A DNA stretch of 62,773 nucleotides, counting the filler, from Globobulimina sp. (taxonomy: Eukaryota), in assembly GCA_003354225.1 (NCBI GenBank). It is 19 parts of 19 records of this genome, joined end to end, with 100 filler letters (N's around TTAATTAATTAA, not from the genome) between each part and the next. Parts side by side here need not be neighbours in the genome. Positions count along the whole stretch, not along the records: positions 9,937 to 13,147 come from PIVH01003408.1; positions 13,248 to 16,458 come from PIVH01003409.1; positions 16,559 to 19,769 come from PIVH01003410.1; 16 more parts are not named here. The stretch is one strand, 5' to 3'. This document shows, in pieces, positions 10,060 through 19,869 of the stretch. The notes below the pieces were generated by a model. That model ran no database searches and was not told where the DNA came from. It saw only the letters and a list, made by a program, of their open reading frames with translations. The position numbers and the translations under genes were made by a program. Numbering within the stretch: position 1 is the first letter of the stretch; each line of letters starts with the position of its first letter.

Positions 10060-12933
10060 TTATTTTTTCCTCGGTATCTTTTTTTTGTGGCCATTCCGTT
10101 TATTTTTGTTTCTAACACTTTTCTGAACTCGATTTTTTTGTTTTTTTTCAATTTTCTGCCTCAATCTCTTTGCGAGTTGTGTCCTCTGCCCAGGTTTCAA
10201 TAGTTTAATGTTATTCTTTTCATTGTATTGCATTGTCTCGATTTCCTTCAAAGAGTGTTTCCTTTTTTGTTGATTTTTGTATTTTTGCTGTTTTTCACAT
10301 TGCTCACTATGAAATATTGCGGGACCGTGACCCACACAAAATATTCGCGCACAAAACTTACATTGGATTTTCAATAAATGCACCTTTTTCTTGCATCCTT
10401 TGAAAAAGCACCGTTTCGCATTCACATCAACCAAAATATTTAATAAATCATCTTTTTTCCGCTCCACTTTTTCCAGAGGAACAGCATCATTTTGATTTCC
10501 ATTTTGTTTTTGTTTCTTTTTCTTTTTATTCTTTTTCTTATTCTTTTTCTTGACTTTAATATATCGAATATTTTTCAAATTCTTTTTATTTTTTTTATTT
10601 TCCTCTTTTATCGATATCTCCAAATTGCATATTTCATCTTTTTTGTCTGTGTAAATTTCAGCATCATTCGAAGAAGAATCACTTTGCGAATCAGCATCAG
10701 CAACAAATGTAATATGATTTTCTTTTTTTTCCAGTTTTACTTTCTTTCTCCATTTCTTTTTTTGTGCCCTATTCATCCCTTTCTTTAATTTCTTTATTGG
10801 TTTCTTCTCATTGCATAGATCCAATTTCTTTCCTTCCGCTCCATGCTCGACAACCAAATCAATGTCAATGTCCTCCACAAACTCAAACTCGTCAATAACA
10901 CCCAAATCATCCACCAAATACTGATCAGCAGTGCGAATATCTGCAGTTTTATAGCAAAAATCAGTGAAATCCTTTAAAAACGTGTGTCGTTCCAAAGTCT
11001 CAGAGTTCAAAAACAAACAACAATGTCTCCGCGCTCTCGTAATGGCGACATTTGTCCTTCGATCATCACTCAAAAAGCCAATAATATGCTCGTCATTGCT
11101 CCGCACAAACGATACGATGACGGCTTCCTTTTCACGGCCTTGAAAGCCATCCACTGTGCCAACCTCAATCAATTCATTTTTTATAAACTCTCTCAACAAA
11201 GTAACCTGTCCTCGATACGGCGAAATAACTGCAATGTCCTGGCTTTTCACGCCAGCATTCAGCAAAATGTCCACGTGTTTCGCCACAATTTGCGCTTCGT
11301 TCATATTGGATTTACTTACATGTGGCTCGACTTTGTCTTCCTCGAAGCCATAAATCCCGGCACAGTCCACCAGCATCAAAGGAGTCAGCAGACAGTGACT
11401 AACAACATTGCCAATGTACGGCAAATGAGACAGCAAATGCTGTGCCACACTCTCATGCGATTTCAGTTTGCTTTCATACAGCGAGTCGCTGAAATATTGA
11501 CAGATTTTCTGGTTCATTCTGTACTGCGTATCCAACAGTGCTATTTTCGGAGGATGCGACCCTTGGAATTTGCGCTGCAATTTGTCAAATAAAGTGTAGC
11601 TTAGTTCTCTCGCTTTGGTTGATTTCACGGTCGGAGCTAATTGTAAATGGTCGCCGCATAATACAATTTTGCGACTTTTAACCATCGGAATCCAACAGGC
11701 GACCTCCAGCGATTGTGCTGCTTCGTCGATTATACACAAATCAAACTCGAATCGTTTCAGTTCAAACCTGTCCGCACCGCACAGCGTACATAATATCACA
11801 TCGACATTATTCAATATATTGGCCACCATTTTTGTTTCATATTTTTTTAATTCTTTGCGCAAAGCCTTCAATTCGGCATACACCAAATATCTCTCCTTTT
11901 TGCTGCCGGCTTTGTTTAATAAGTTCAAATTTTCCTTGATTTCCTGTCGAATGTCGTCCACTAAGCACTTGTCATCATTTTTGAAGTGCTTTCCGCGGAG
12001 CAAAGACTCCAAACATTTACTCAACACATTGTCCGAGATTCGCGCTGGATGTCCTATGCGGACAATGTTTATTAAATCTTTGTACAACAAACTCGATAAC
12101 TTTTCAACCATATTATCGACTGCGATATTGGATGGAGCACAGGCTAAGATTTTCATTTTTTTCTTGCTGTGGCTGCAGCATTGCCATTTAATTAGGGACT
12201 GATACATTAATTCGATGATCGTGGTCGTTTTGCCAGTTCCCGGAGGGCCATGAATTAAAAAAATGTCCTTTGCGTCCAATGCACATTGAATGGCATTTAA
12301 TTGCGAAGCATTTAGCTTTTTATTCACTGCTTGGAAATCAATGGAGGTTTTGCACTCAATCGCAAGTTTATTGTTTGTGGCTGGCTGAATGGCACTGAAT
12401 AATAAGTCGCGAATTGGTGTTGCAATTCCGATGTTTGGTTTGCATAAAACAGACAATATTTGCTTGTATTTTGTGTATGTAATGCTATCAATTAACAATA
12501 ACAATGAATATTTATGCCAAATAACTAAATCTTTGCCAATTTCAAACGATACGCCGTCATTTATGGCAATTTTTAATTGATTACGGAAGGATTTGCAAAT
12601 AACACCGCTGATTTTATCGTTGTCAACAAATTTTACAATATCTCCAACAGTGAATTTGTGATTGATTCCTTCTGTTTTTCTCTCATCGTTTGAATGTAAT
12701 GCAAATTTAATCATTGTTCGCCCATATAATCCGGTGTAAATATCGGTGATTTGAATGCGTCGTAGACATAATCCCTTTTCTTCCAATTGTCTTAATGTAA
12801 AATTAGAATAAGCTTCTTCTAAAAGCGTAATATCATCCTTTTTTTCAATCGATAACAATTCTTTTGTTCGTTCCACAAAATCAAATACATTCTCATTTAA
12901 AAGATGTTCAAACTTTAAAAGACCACAAGCCAT
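10060..12933 (-). CDS. IGHMBP2: IGHMBP2/SMUBP-2 (Hcs1-like) UPF1-family SF1 helicase with C-terminal AN1-type zinc finger
   Basis: Motifs HGPPGTGKT, CAPSNIAVDN, DEAAQ, GDHLQL, QYRM, TVDGFQGREK and NVAITRAR. C-terminal CFFKGC...CKFC...C..H...H...C. Confidence 0.9.
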   Translation of the reverse strand: MACGLLKFEHLLNENVFDFVERTKELLSIEKKDDITLLEEAYSNFTLRQLEEKGLCLRRIQITDIYTGLYGRTMIKFALHSNDERKTEGINHKFTVGDIVKFVDNDKISGVICKSFRNQLKIAINDGVSFEIGKDLVIWHKYSLLLLIDSITYTKYKQILSVLCKPNIGIATPIRDLLFSAIQPATNNKLAIECKTSIDFQAVNKKLNASQLNAIQCALDAKDIFLIHGPPGTGKTTTIIELMYQSLIKWQCCSHSKKKMKILACAPSNIAVDNMVEKLSSLLYKDLINIVRIGHPARISDNVLSKCLESLLRGKHFKNDDKCLVDDIRQEIKENLNLLNKAGSKKERYLVYAELKALRKELKKYETKMVANILNNVDVILCTLCGADRFELKRFEFDLCIIDEAAQSLEVACWIPMVKSRKIVLCGDHLQLAPTVKSTKARELSYTLFDKLQRKFQGSHPPKIALLDTQYRMNQKICQYFSDSLYESKLKSHESVAQHLLSHLPYIGNVVSHCLLTPLMLVDCAGIYGFEEDKVEPHVSKSNMNEAQIVAKHVDILLNAGVKSQDIAVISPYRGQVTLLREFIKNELIEVGTVDGFQGREKEAVIVSFVRSNDEHIIGFLSDDRRTNVAITRARRHCCLFLNSETLERHTFLKDFTDFCYKTADIRTADQYLVDDLGVIDEFEFVEDIDIDLVVEHGAEGKKLDLCNEKKPIKKLKKGMNRAQKKKWRKKVKLEKKENHITFVADADSQSDSSSNDAEIYTDKKDEICNLEISIKEENKKNKKNLKNIRYIKVKKKNKKKNKKKKKQKQNGNQNDAVPLEKVERKKDDLLNILVDVNAKRCFFKGCKKKVHLLKIQCKFCARIFCVGHGPAIFHSEQCEKQQKYKNQQKRKHSLKEIETMQYNEKNNIKLLKPGQRTQLAKRLRQKIEKKQKNRVQKSVRNKNKRNGHKKKIPRKK

Positions 12934-12972
12934 TTAATTGTTAAATAGGTATTAAACTCAGTGACTCGCATC

Positions 12973-13147
12973 ATGGCAGCTGCACCAACATGGACAAAAC
13001 TTCCAGATGCACCATTTGGGTTTAATCTTTGTGGCAGACCAGCAGTGTTGATTAATGATGAAATTATTTTATCTCCATACGAAGATAATCATATTTATAA
13101 ATTCAACATCAAATCACAATCATGGACTAAATATTCATTTGGTGACT
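12973..13147 (+). CDS. 5' fragment of a Kelch-like/beta-propeller protein
   Basis: WTKLPDAP and IYKFNIKSQSWTK resemble Kelch blade ends. Truncated by the spacer. Confidence 0.4.
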
Positions 13148-13247
13148 NNNNNNNNNNNNNNNNNNNNNNNNNNNNNNNNNNNNNNNNNNNNTTAATTAAT
13201 TAANNNNNNNNNNNNNNNNNNNNNNNNNNNNNNNNNNNNNNNNNNNN

Positions 13248-13504
13248 GCTGCGGTACCAGACGGGTATAATGCACAGCCAGCACCACCTTCTAACTCTGT
13301 CATCGCATCGCTAAAAGCAAACGATGTTGTTGTGCCTCGTCGGCCATAGACCATCGTTTGGTTGTGTCGGTTTGCCACCGCATTATTCATTTCTGCAACA
13401 GTATTAAATACCACAGTAGATGCTCGAGTTACTGAGGGGTTAACGACACCATTTGTCCATTTAGCACTACGCCCAGCATTTACTATTTTAGTATCTTGTT
13501 TCAT
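13248..13504 (-). CDS. metC: Bacterial-type cystathionine beta-lyase, N-terminal fragment
   Basis: DTKIVNAGR, VNPSVTRASTVVF, YGRRGT and AMTELEGGAGCALYPSG parallel the N-terminus of gammaproteobacterial MetC. An SD-like GGAAG lies 5 nt before the ATG. Confidence 0.85.
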
Positions 13505-13599
13505 ATTCACTTCCATTAAAGAGGTTTAGCATCAGTGGCATAAAGATAAACTTCAGCTATCTAGCCATCTAAAACTTTATAATGTATTTATAACCTGAA

Positions 13600-14148
13600 T
13601 CACCTCAGCTGGCTAGGAATTGTTAAATAAAAAGCACAGTAGCCACGATTGGAATTTTTCCACCCAGAGAGACATAATTCCAATTTAAAACATCTACCAT
13701 TTTTAGTAAATGCCGCACCTAAAATACCTCCTTCGTTATTACCTGCCACTGCCGTATCATTATTCGCGTTTTTATTTTGTAAACACGCATAATTCAATGA
13801 TTGTTTGTCAATTAACCATGAAATATTATATATTGTCGGAATTGTGACAGTTTCGATTGATATCGATGTTGGATTATCACCATTGGCTAATGATGATGAT
13901 GTAGCATATTTTGCTGTATTTTCTATATCTTTTTCTTCAGTGGACCCATCATAAGCACTCATATCATTGTCATCGTCATCGTCCTCAGTGTCTAAAGATA
14001 ATAACGAGTTATGGATTGCATTATTTTCGGAATTTTCGGAATCTTCGTGTTGCTCTCGTTGAAATAAAAAAGATGAACTTGGTGATGAATTTGATGGTAA
14101 TGAGTGGTCGTCTTCGTTAGTATTACTATTATTATTAATATTATCCAT
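13600..14148 (-). CDS. Acidic/low-complexity N-terminus plus partial MATH-like domain
   Basis: YNISWLID...AFTKNGRCFKLELCLSGWKNSNRGYCAFYL resembles the first half of a MATH/TRAF domain. It stops abruptly next to the bacterial-like segment. Confidence 0.45.
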   Translation of the reverse strand: MDNINNNSNTNEDDHSLPSNSSPSSSFLFQREQHEDSENSENNAIHNSLLSLDTEDDDDDNDMSAYDGSTEEKDIENTAKYATSSSLANGDNPTSISIETVTIPTIYNISWLIDKQSLNYACLQNKNANNDTAVAGNNEGGILGAAFTKNGRCFKLELCLSGWKNSNRGYCAFYLTIPSQLR

Positions 14149-14360
14149 ATTAACTCTACGTTTAAAATATTTCAGGTACAACTTTGAAGTAAATAGGTTC
14201 ATTACCGTAATGTTTGAAAACTTGAAAAAAATGTTTGTTGAATAACCATAAACGATGTAACCTCTATTATCTCGGTTCAGGTTTGTTGGGAACGTAAGAG
14301 AAATGAGCCTAGGTTTCCTAAATAGTTGCTAAATAGTAACTATTAAAATAGTTTGGTCTG

Positions 14361-14437
14361 AAAATTTGCATTGGGTTTGTAAAGTGAATACAAACTGTAC
14401 ATTTGCAATTTGTTTTTGCAAACCCAATGCAAACTTT
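14361..14437. repeat. Inverted repeat with 23-bp arms
   Basis: 14361-14383 matches the reverse complement of 14415-14437 at 21/23 positions. Confidence 0.8.
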
Positions 14438-14593
14438 ATATTGATCGATATGTATACACGGGGGAGGGGGGTTATGTATCAAAACTCATGGTTTAAGTTC
14501 ATGTATGTTGAGAAAACTTCGACATCAACAACCAAATCACATTCACTCGCAAATTTTAACAAAATAAACCTGCTACAAAAACAATATAATACA

Positions 14594-16055
14594 ATGAACC
14601 GTCAGCGAAACACGTCAAGCAACGTTGGAGATAAAAAGAAACGCAAACCACGCACTGTGAAAAATGCGTACATTGACATATCAAATATCTTAGTCGACTG
14701 TGGCGATGATTATAATAATTGGATCTCAATTGCAAAGGAAAAGTTAAAAGTTAGATATTGTGTACTTGTTTAGTTGCACTTAGATATTCTGTTTTTAATC
14801 GTGTACTTAAATATAATAAATCAATAATAAAGGAGCGCGAATATAAATTATTGGAGATTCGTGCGCAAGCAATTAGGCGCATTGTGAAAGAGAAGAGTTG
14901 CATTCAAAACGGAAACGAAATAATCCCATCGCAGTTTTTTGGAAGTTGTCTTCGAGACTTATATGAATTAATCGACTGTTGGAAAGGTGTCAAATTAAGC
15001 AAATTGTCATCGCACTCTTCGTCAACAGATTCATTTAAAAATTATTTCAGTGTTGCAAAGAATTGGTGGGACCAAAAAAAGAAGAAGAAATATGGTGAAT
15101 TATTTTGGTGCGGTGTGTTTAGTTACATCCAACAGTTCAATCAAAGCAGATATAACAATAATGTCATTAAACAGCGATGTTGCATCTATCAGGTATGAGC
15201 ACAGCAAATAAATGCTATATTCCGCGTCGTTTGATTTAATTCACGATTATTCGGAGTCGGAATAGCATTGAATTGCCGTAATTAATCAACTTAGTGATAA
15301 TTATATATTGTCAGACATTACGTAAATTGTTAGATGGGAAAGTACAATATTCAAAGTTGAGTAACTATACACAACACAACTACGGTAAACACAAAGTTAT
15401 ACACAACACAACATAACGCAATGTACATGGTACCAAGCAACAGCCATTAATACCAATTGGTACACTTAAAAATTGCAAGTATATCAAAGAATATTTGCAT
15501 GATTTGGACCGCCGATTGGATATCGACAAATGGATTCGAACTGATATTATGGAACAACAATTAAATGATAAATTAAGTAATAATAAAAAAACAATCCGGA
15601 CAGGAAATGCCAAACATATTACTGTAAAATTGAAAAATGAGTTAGATGTATTAATAAATAATTGTTTCAATAAATTACATGTTCCAAATAATGAGTCGCT
15701 GAATAAAAGTAAACAGATTTTATGTTTGTGGAACACATTTATGGAGCAACAACAACTCACAAATAACATTCCCATTGTTATACAAAATCAGAATCACAAT
15801 CATGATCCACATAATAGAGTTTATAATAACGGAGTTAGCCAATATAATTATAATTATATTGTGCCAGCAGTTACTACTCCAACAATGCCGATATTTGCAA
15901 GAATTAATAACAATATGAATAATAATAATCATAATAATAATCATAACAATATAAATAATAATAACAGTGTGAATATGAATAATATGTTGTATCAGTATCA
16001 CCCATTTCATTTGGCAAATCAATCTGTATTCCACCGACGGTTTACTCCGTATTAA
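14594..16055 (+). CDS. Hypothetical multi-segment protein with basic NLS-like N-terminus and Asn-rich C-terminus
   Basis: Three successive same-strand ORFs, KKKRKPR near the start and a poly-N tail. Exon joins were not established. Confidence 0.35.
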
Positions 16056-16891
16056 CACCTTATTCCCCCCATGAACCCCCACGCTGTCTCCTTCTTAAAA
16101 TCATTATGATTCGATAAAGCGGGGCCGGTATTTAAATATTGAGTAGTGTGGGTTTTATGAATGAAGAAAGGTTGGGGCTTATGACTGGAATAGGTTTTTA
16201 TAATTATAGTGCTGAAGGGTTAATAAAAGCTTAGCCTTTTATTGATTTTGTGAAAAGTTCATCAATTGTGTTACTTGAAAGTTCTGTCTGCCCCGCATAA
16301 ACGCGGGATTATAATAGGCAGGGAGCATTGTTTTCTTTAAGATCGCCAACTTTTATTGCTGAGGCAAATTTTTATGTGTAACATTTTAAGAATATTTTTT
16401 TATATAATTTTTATTAGCTCTCTGCTTGCAGTAACATCTTTTGGTGAAGAGATTGATGNNNNNNNNNNNNNNNNNNNNNNNNNNNNNNNNNNNNNNNNNN
16501 NNTTAATTAATTAANNNNNNNNNNNNNNNNNNNNNNNNNNNNNNNNNNNNNNNNNNNNAATGATCAGAATTCGAGTTAAAACGTTGTTACAAATGCATAT
16601 GATCGGGCGGTATTGGAGTATGTGGATAAAACAGATACAAAATGTGTGTTTCAGTTTAAACCTCTATTTTATTCTTCTTAATTGATTATTCACCAATTTG
16701 TTATATTTTGTTTTATTTTATTGTCGCTATTTATTCACAAATATACCGGTACCATTATGTGGATTGTAAAACCGCAGAAATGCGGAGTTATAATATCGAT
16801 AAAAAGATAAAAATAAGGCAGAACAAAAAAATAAAGAAAAATCATAGAGACAAAACAAAAATAAAGAAAACACATCAAAAAGTCAAACAAA

Positions 16892-17248
16892 TCACAAAAT
16901 ATCATTATCAGGCATAAATTTTCGTAATTCTGAATTCTTTTCTTCATTCTGGGTATCCTCATCATCCAATCCTATATTTTGGTCATCATTTGATGTTTTA
17001 TCCCCATCGACATCGCCAAATTTTAATTTAACATCATCTGAGTCTGCGGAGTTAATTACCATTCCTCTTTCAATGATTTGTTTCTTTTTCAGTTTAATTA
17101 AAACTATAATTGTTGTAATCCAACAACATCCAGTAATTGCAATGAAAATCCATATCCATAGAGCAGCATTCTTGTCATCTGGCTCATCAATTACAGATTC
17201 TTTTTTTGTTTCGGGTAATGCTGTTGAATAAACATGATTTATTGACAA
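16892..17248 (-). CDS. C-terminal part of a single-pass membrane protein
   Basis: TM helix ALWIWIFIAITGCCWITTIIVLI followed by KLKKK and an acidic tail. Confidence 0.45.
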   Translation of the reverse strand: MSINHVYSTALPETKKESVIDEPDDKNAALWIWIFIAITGCCWITTIIVLIKLKKKQIIERGMVINSADSDDVKLKFGDVDGDKTSNDDQNIGLDDEDTQNEEKNSELRKFMPDNDIL

Positions 17249-17580
17249 AAAGTGTCATTGTATTTGAATAACTAAACGTGCATCATCGTGAGCTGTATAT
17301 TATGTTATAACTTATGCGGGCATCACAACGTCAATACAATGATAATTAATGAATATTTAACTAAACTATTACTATCCAATACAACCAGCAGGAACAATGC
17401 GAAAAATTCTGTATTATTTTTAATTAATTAAATCTTACATATAAACCACACCATTACTTAATTAGGGGATTAACAAACGTAATGAGGCACTTGACACGAA
17501 TCCCATGCAAAACAGATAAACTTTTTGGAGCTCGAGTTTTCGCAGTTAATTTAGTTGTTGCGTAATCAGAGATAGTGTTA

Positions 17581-19029
17581 TTAGTGTATTCCTGTGAACA
17601 CATTGATTTGGCTGTAATTTCTTTGCATAAGTATGTATTTGCCAAGAGACATATAACTGTTATTCCAACTGATTAAACGTGATAAATGCCTTTGTTTCTC
17701 AATATCAAATCTCCATAAATTTTTTGAAACATTATACATTCTTTGCATTGGCGTGTACTTAGTATTATAAATAGAATGTAGTACATCATGAGTAATTTTC
17801 CTATATTTTTTATATTCTCTCCAATTTAGTGAGAAATGTGTTGGCAAATAATATTTGTTCATATATGGAACAGCAGATAGCTTATGCGGGAATTCAATGT
17901 TTAATTTTTGGATCCCACCATTTTTGGTGTGTTTCCATTGACATCCTAAAAATGTTTGAATTTTCTGCCATGGATTATTTTCGCATTCTAAACAAAGTAT
18001 TAACACATCTTTATTTATTCCGATTCTATTTTTGCCAAAATAATTCAAAATATTCTCATGATGTTTTTCATAATTTCTTGCCATTAAAATTGCAAATTCT
18101 TCCAATGCTGCATGTTCCATTAGAATATTTTCAATAAAACTGTTCCATAAAATTGTTTTATTTGAATTTATATACTTTTCCACAATATCAATATCATTGT
18201 TTCCCCGTGCTTTTGCCATTAAATATCTTGTTCGTAACTCGAATTTAATGGCACTATTCACTCGATTATAGGTCGATGCTCTTACTGTATAAATATATTT
18301 TGATTTTGGATACCATGCATCCCATAATTTATAGAAGAATGCCCACGGAGTGTCAGCAAATATTTGTGAGATAAACGATAACAAATATAAATCTTTTGTG
18401 TAATTTTTATTGAGAAAGGCATGCGAAATATCGTCAGCAGAAAAGGGTCGCCATGATCTATGAAATCGCAAATGGTTTTTATATCCGATAGTTAGCTGAT
18501 GATTGGCACAGGTTTTCATAATATTAATATTCTCCAAATAATTACATTGGTATCCTAACCATTGCAGTGCTGCCGCTATTGACGTTGTTCCAGTTTTTTG
18601 AATTCCGATATTAAATATTTTACCAGTATAATTGCATAAAACTGGCAATTTGTCTGATTTGTGCCACCGCGGATTCCTTACAATATTTGCTGTGATTTGT
18701 GCATCTGTTTCATTCAATATTGTCGGAATAGAATAATTGTAGGTTGATTCAAGTGCATATATCTCTTTTTGTTTATTGCTTACATTTATTAAAGACCACC
18801 AATCATTATGATGATACCAGTCACATTCATGTTTGCTAGCTGATGTACCATCAGTTTTAATAATGTTAATTGACGATTGTTTATTATCGATAGCTTTAAA
18901 TATATCAACAACATGCAATAGAGACAAATCAATGAGTAAAATAAATAAAATGCCAATACAAACAAAAGTCAGTACAAATGTCCAATAAGATTGAAATGCT
19001 TTCCTTACTCTTGAACTTACTTTGGACAT
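17581..19029 (-). CDS. Type II membrane sulfotransferase-like (P-loop) protein
   Basis: N-terminal signal anchor; IFNIGIQKTGTTSIAAALQWLGY (PAPS-binding-loop-like); FADTPW...YPKSKYIYTVR. Confidence 0.75.
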   Translation of the reverse strand: MSKVSSRVRKAFQSYWTFVLTFVCIGILFILLIDLSLLHVVDIFKAIDNKQSSINIIKTDGTSASKHECDWYHHNDWWSLINVSNKQKEIYALESTYNYSIPTILNETDAQITANIVRNPRWHKSDKLPVLCNYTGKIFNIGIQKTGTTSIAAALQWLGYQCNYLENINIMKTCANHQLTIGYKNHLRFHRSWRPFSADDISHAFLNKNYTKDLYLLSFISQIFADTPWAFFYKLWDAWYPKSKYIYTVRASTYNRVNSAIKFELRTRYLMAKARGNNDIDIVEKYINSNKTILWNSFIENILMEHAALEEFAILMARNYEKHHENILNYFGKNRIGINKDVLILCLECENNPWQKIQTFLGCQWKHTKNGGIQKLNIEFPHKLSAVPYMNKYYLPTHFSLNWREYKKYRKITHDVLHSIYNTKYTPMQRMYNVSKNLWRFDIEKQRHLSRLISWNNSYMSLGKYILMQRNYSQINVFTGIH

Positions 19030-19300
19030 TTTTCAACTTGATTTCACTGAGAAGTCGGAAGTTGTATTTATTTTCTGCAAATAATGCAAAGTTGCAAACT
19101 TGCATATTTCCCTAAACCAATAATATAAAATTAAACAATTAATAAATATATAGAATTACTCACAAACAAACAAAAGCGATTTAAATAGACGAATTAATGA
19201 TTTATAACTGCTACGGTTTGAATACTGTTAAATTATAATTAAGCAATGATCGATGGTCGACCCCCAATTAAATTACCATTGCGATTGATTGCAATTGTCA

Positions 19301-19768
19301 TTAAATATTATCGTTCATTAACTCTACCTCATTTTCAATTACTTTAACATTCGGATATTTATTTAATAATTCATTATTATCTTTCATTCTGTTACTTGGC
19401 GCAAACAAACTGACAAATGGATGGTTTAAACATTTTAAAGTGCTCAAATCGAACCTTTGAGACGGTATATAACATAATAAATTCGTGATAAAATCAGCAG
19501 CTTTCAATGAACAATGCTTTCCTAAAACCTTTTGCTGCCATTGTTGTGGTGCAATCTTATAATCTTTTGTAATGTTTTTCAGTTTATTCGGGTCCGGATA
19601 CGATGAACATGGAATTGGTCCCAATATCTGGCTAATTAATTTCAACTGATCCTTAGTATTATTGCCATTGAACACGGGCTGTTTGGTATACATTTCTGCG
19701 ATGACACAGCCCAAAGACCAACAATCCACCGCCGACGTATAATAATTTAATTGACACAGCAACGCCGG
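19301..19768 (-). CDS. CMGC (GSK3-like) protein kinase, C-terminal fragment
   Basis: YTSAVDCWSLGCVIAEM...PVFNG...DQLKLISQILG...LLCYIPSQR...CLNHPF correspond to kinase subdomains IX-XI. Confidence 0.75.
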   Translation of the reverse strand, partial: PALLCQLNYYTSAVDCWSLGCVIAEMYTKQPVFNGNNTKDQLKLISQILGPIPCSSYPDPNKLKNITKDYKIAPQQWQQKVLGKHCSLKAADFITNLLCYIPSQRFDLSTLKCLNHPFVSLFAPSNRMKDNNELLNKYPNVKVIENEVELMNDNI

Positions 19769-19869
19769 TNNNNNNNNNNNNNNNNNNNNNNNNNNNNNNN
19801 NNNNNNNNNNNNNTTAATTAATTAANNNNNNNNNNNNNNNNNNNNNNNNNNNNNNNNNNNNNNNNNNNN

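Noticed and set aside
3384-12580. Many 60-210 aa plus-strand ORFs opposite the long genes
   Set aside because: Antisense shadows of real coding frames with no recognisable motifs.
16286-16322. Nested GC hairpin (CTGCC / CCGC...GCGG / GGCAG)
   Set aside because: Short, single copy in this window, and no RNA-family features recognised.
19760-19769. Kinase APE motif reading P-A-L-L (possible pseudokinase)
   Set aside because: It lies in the terminal bases of a contig, where errors are common.
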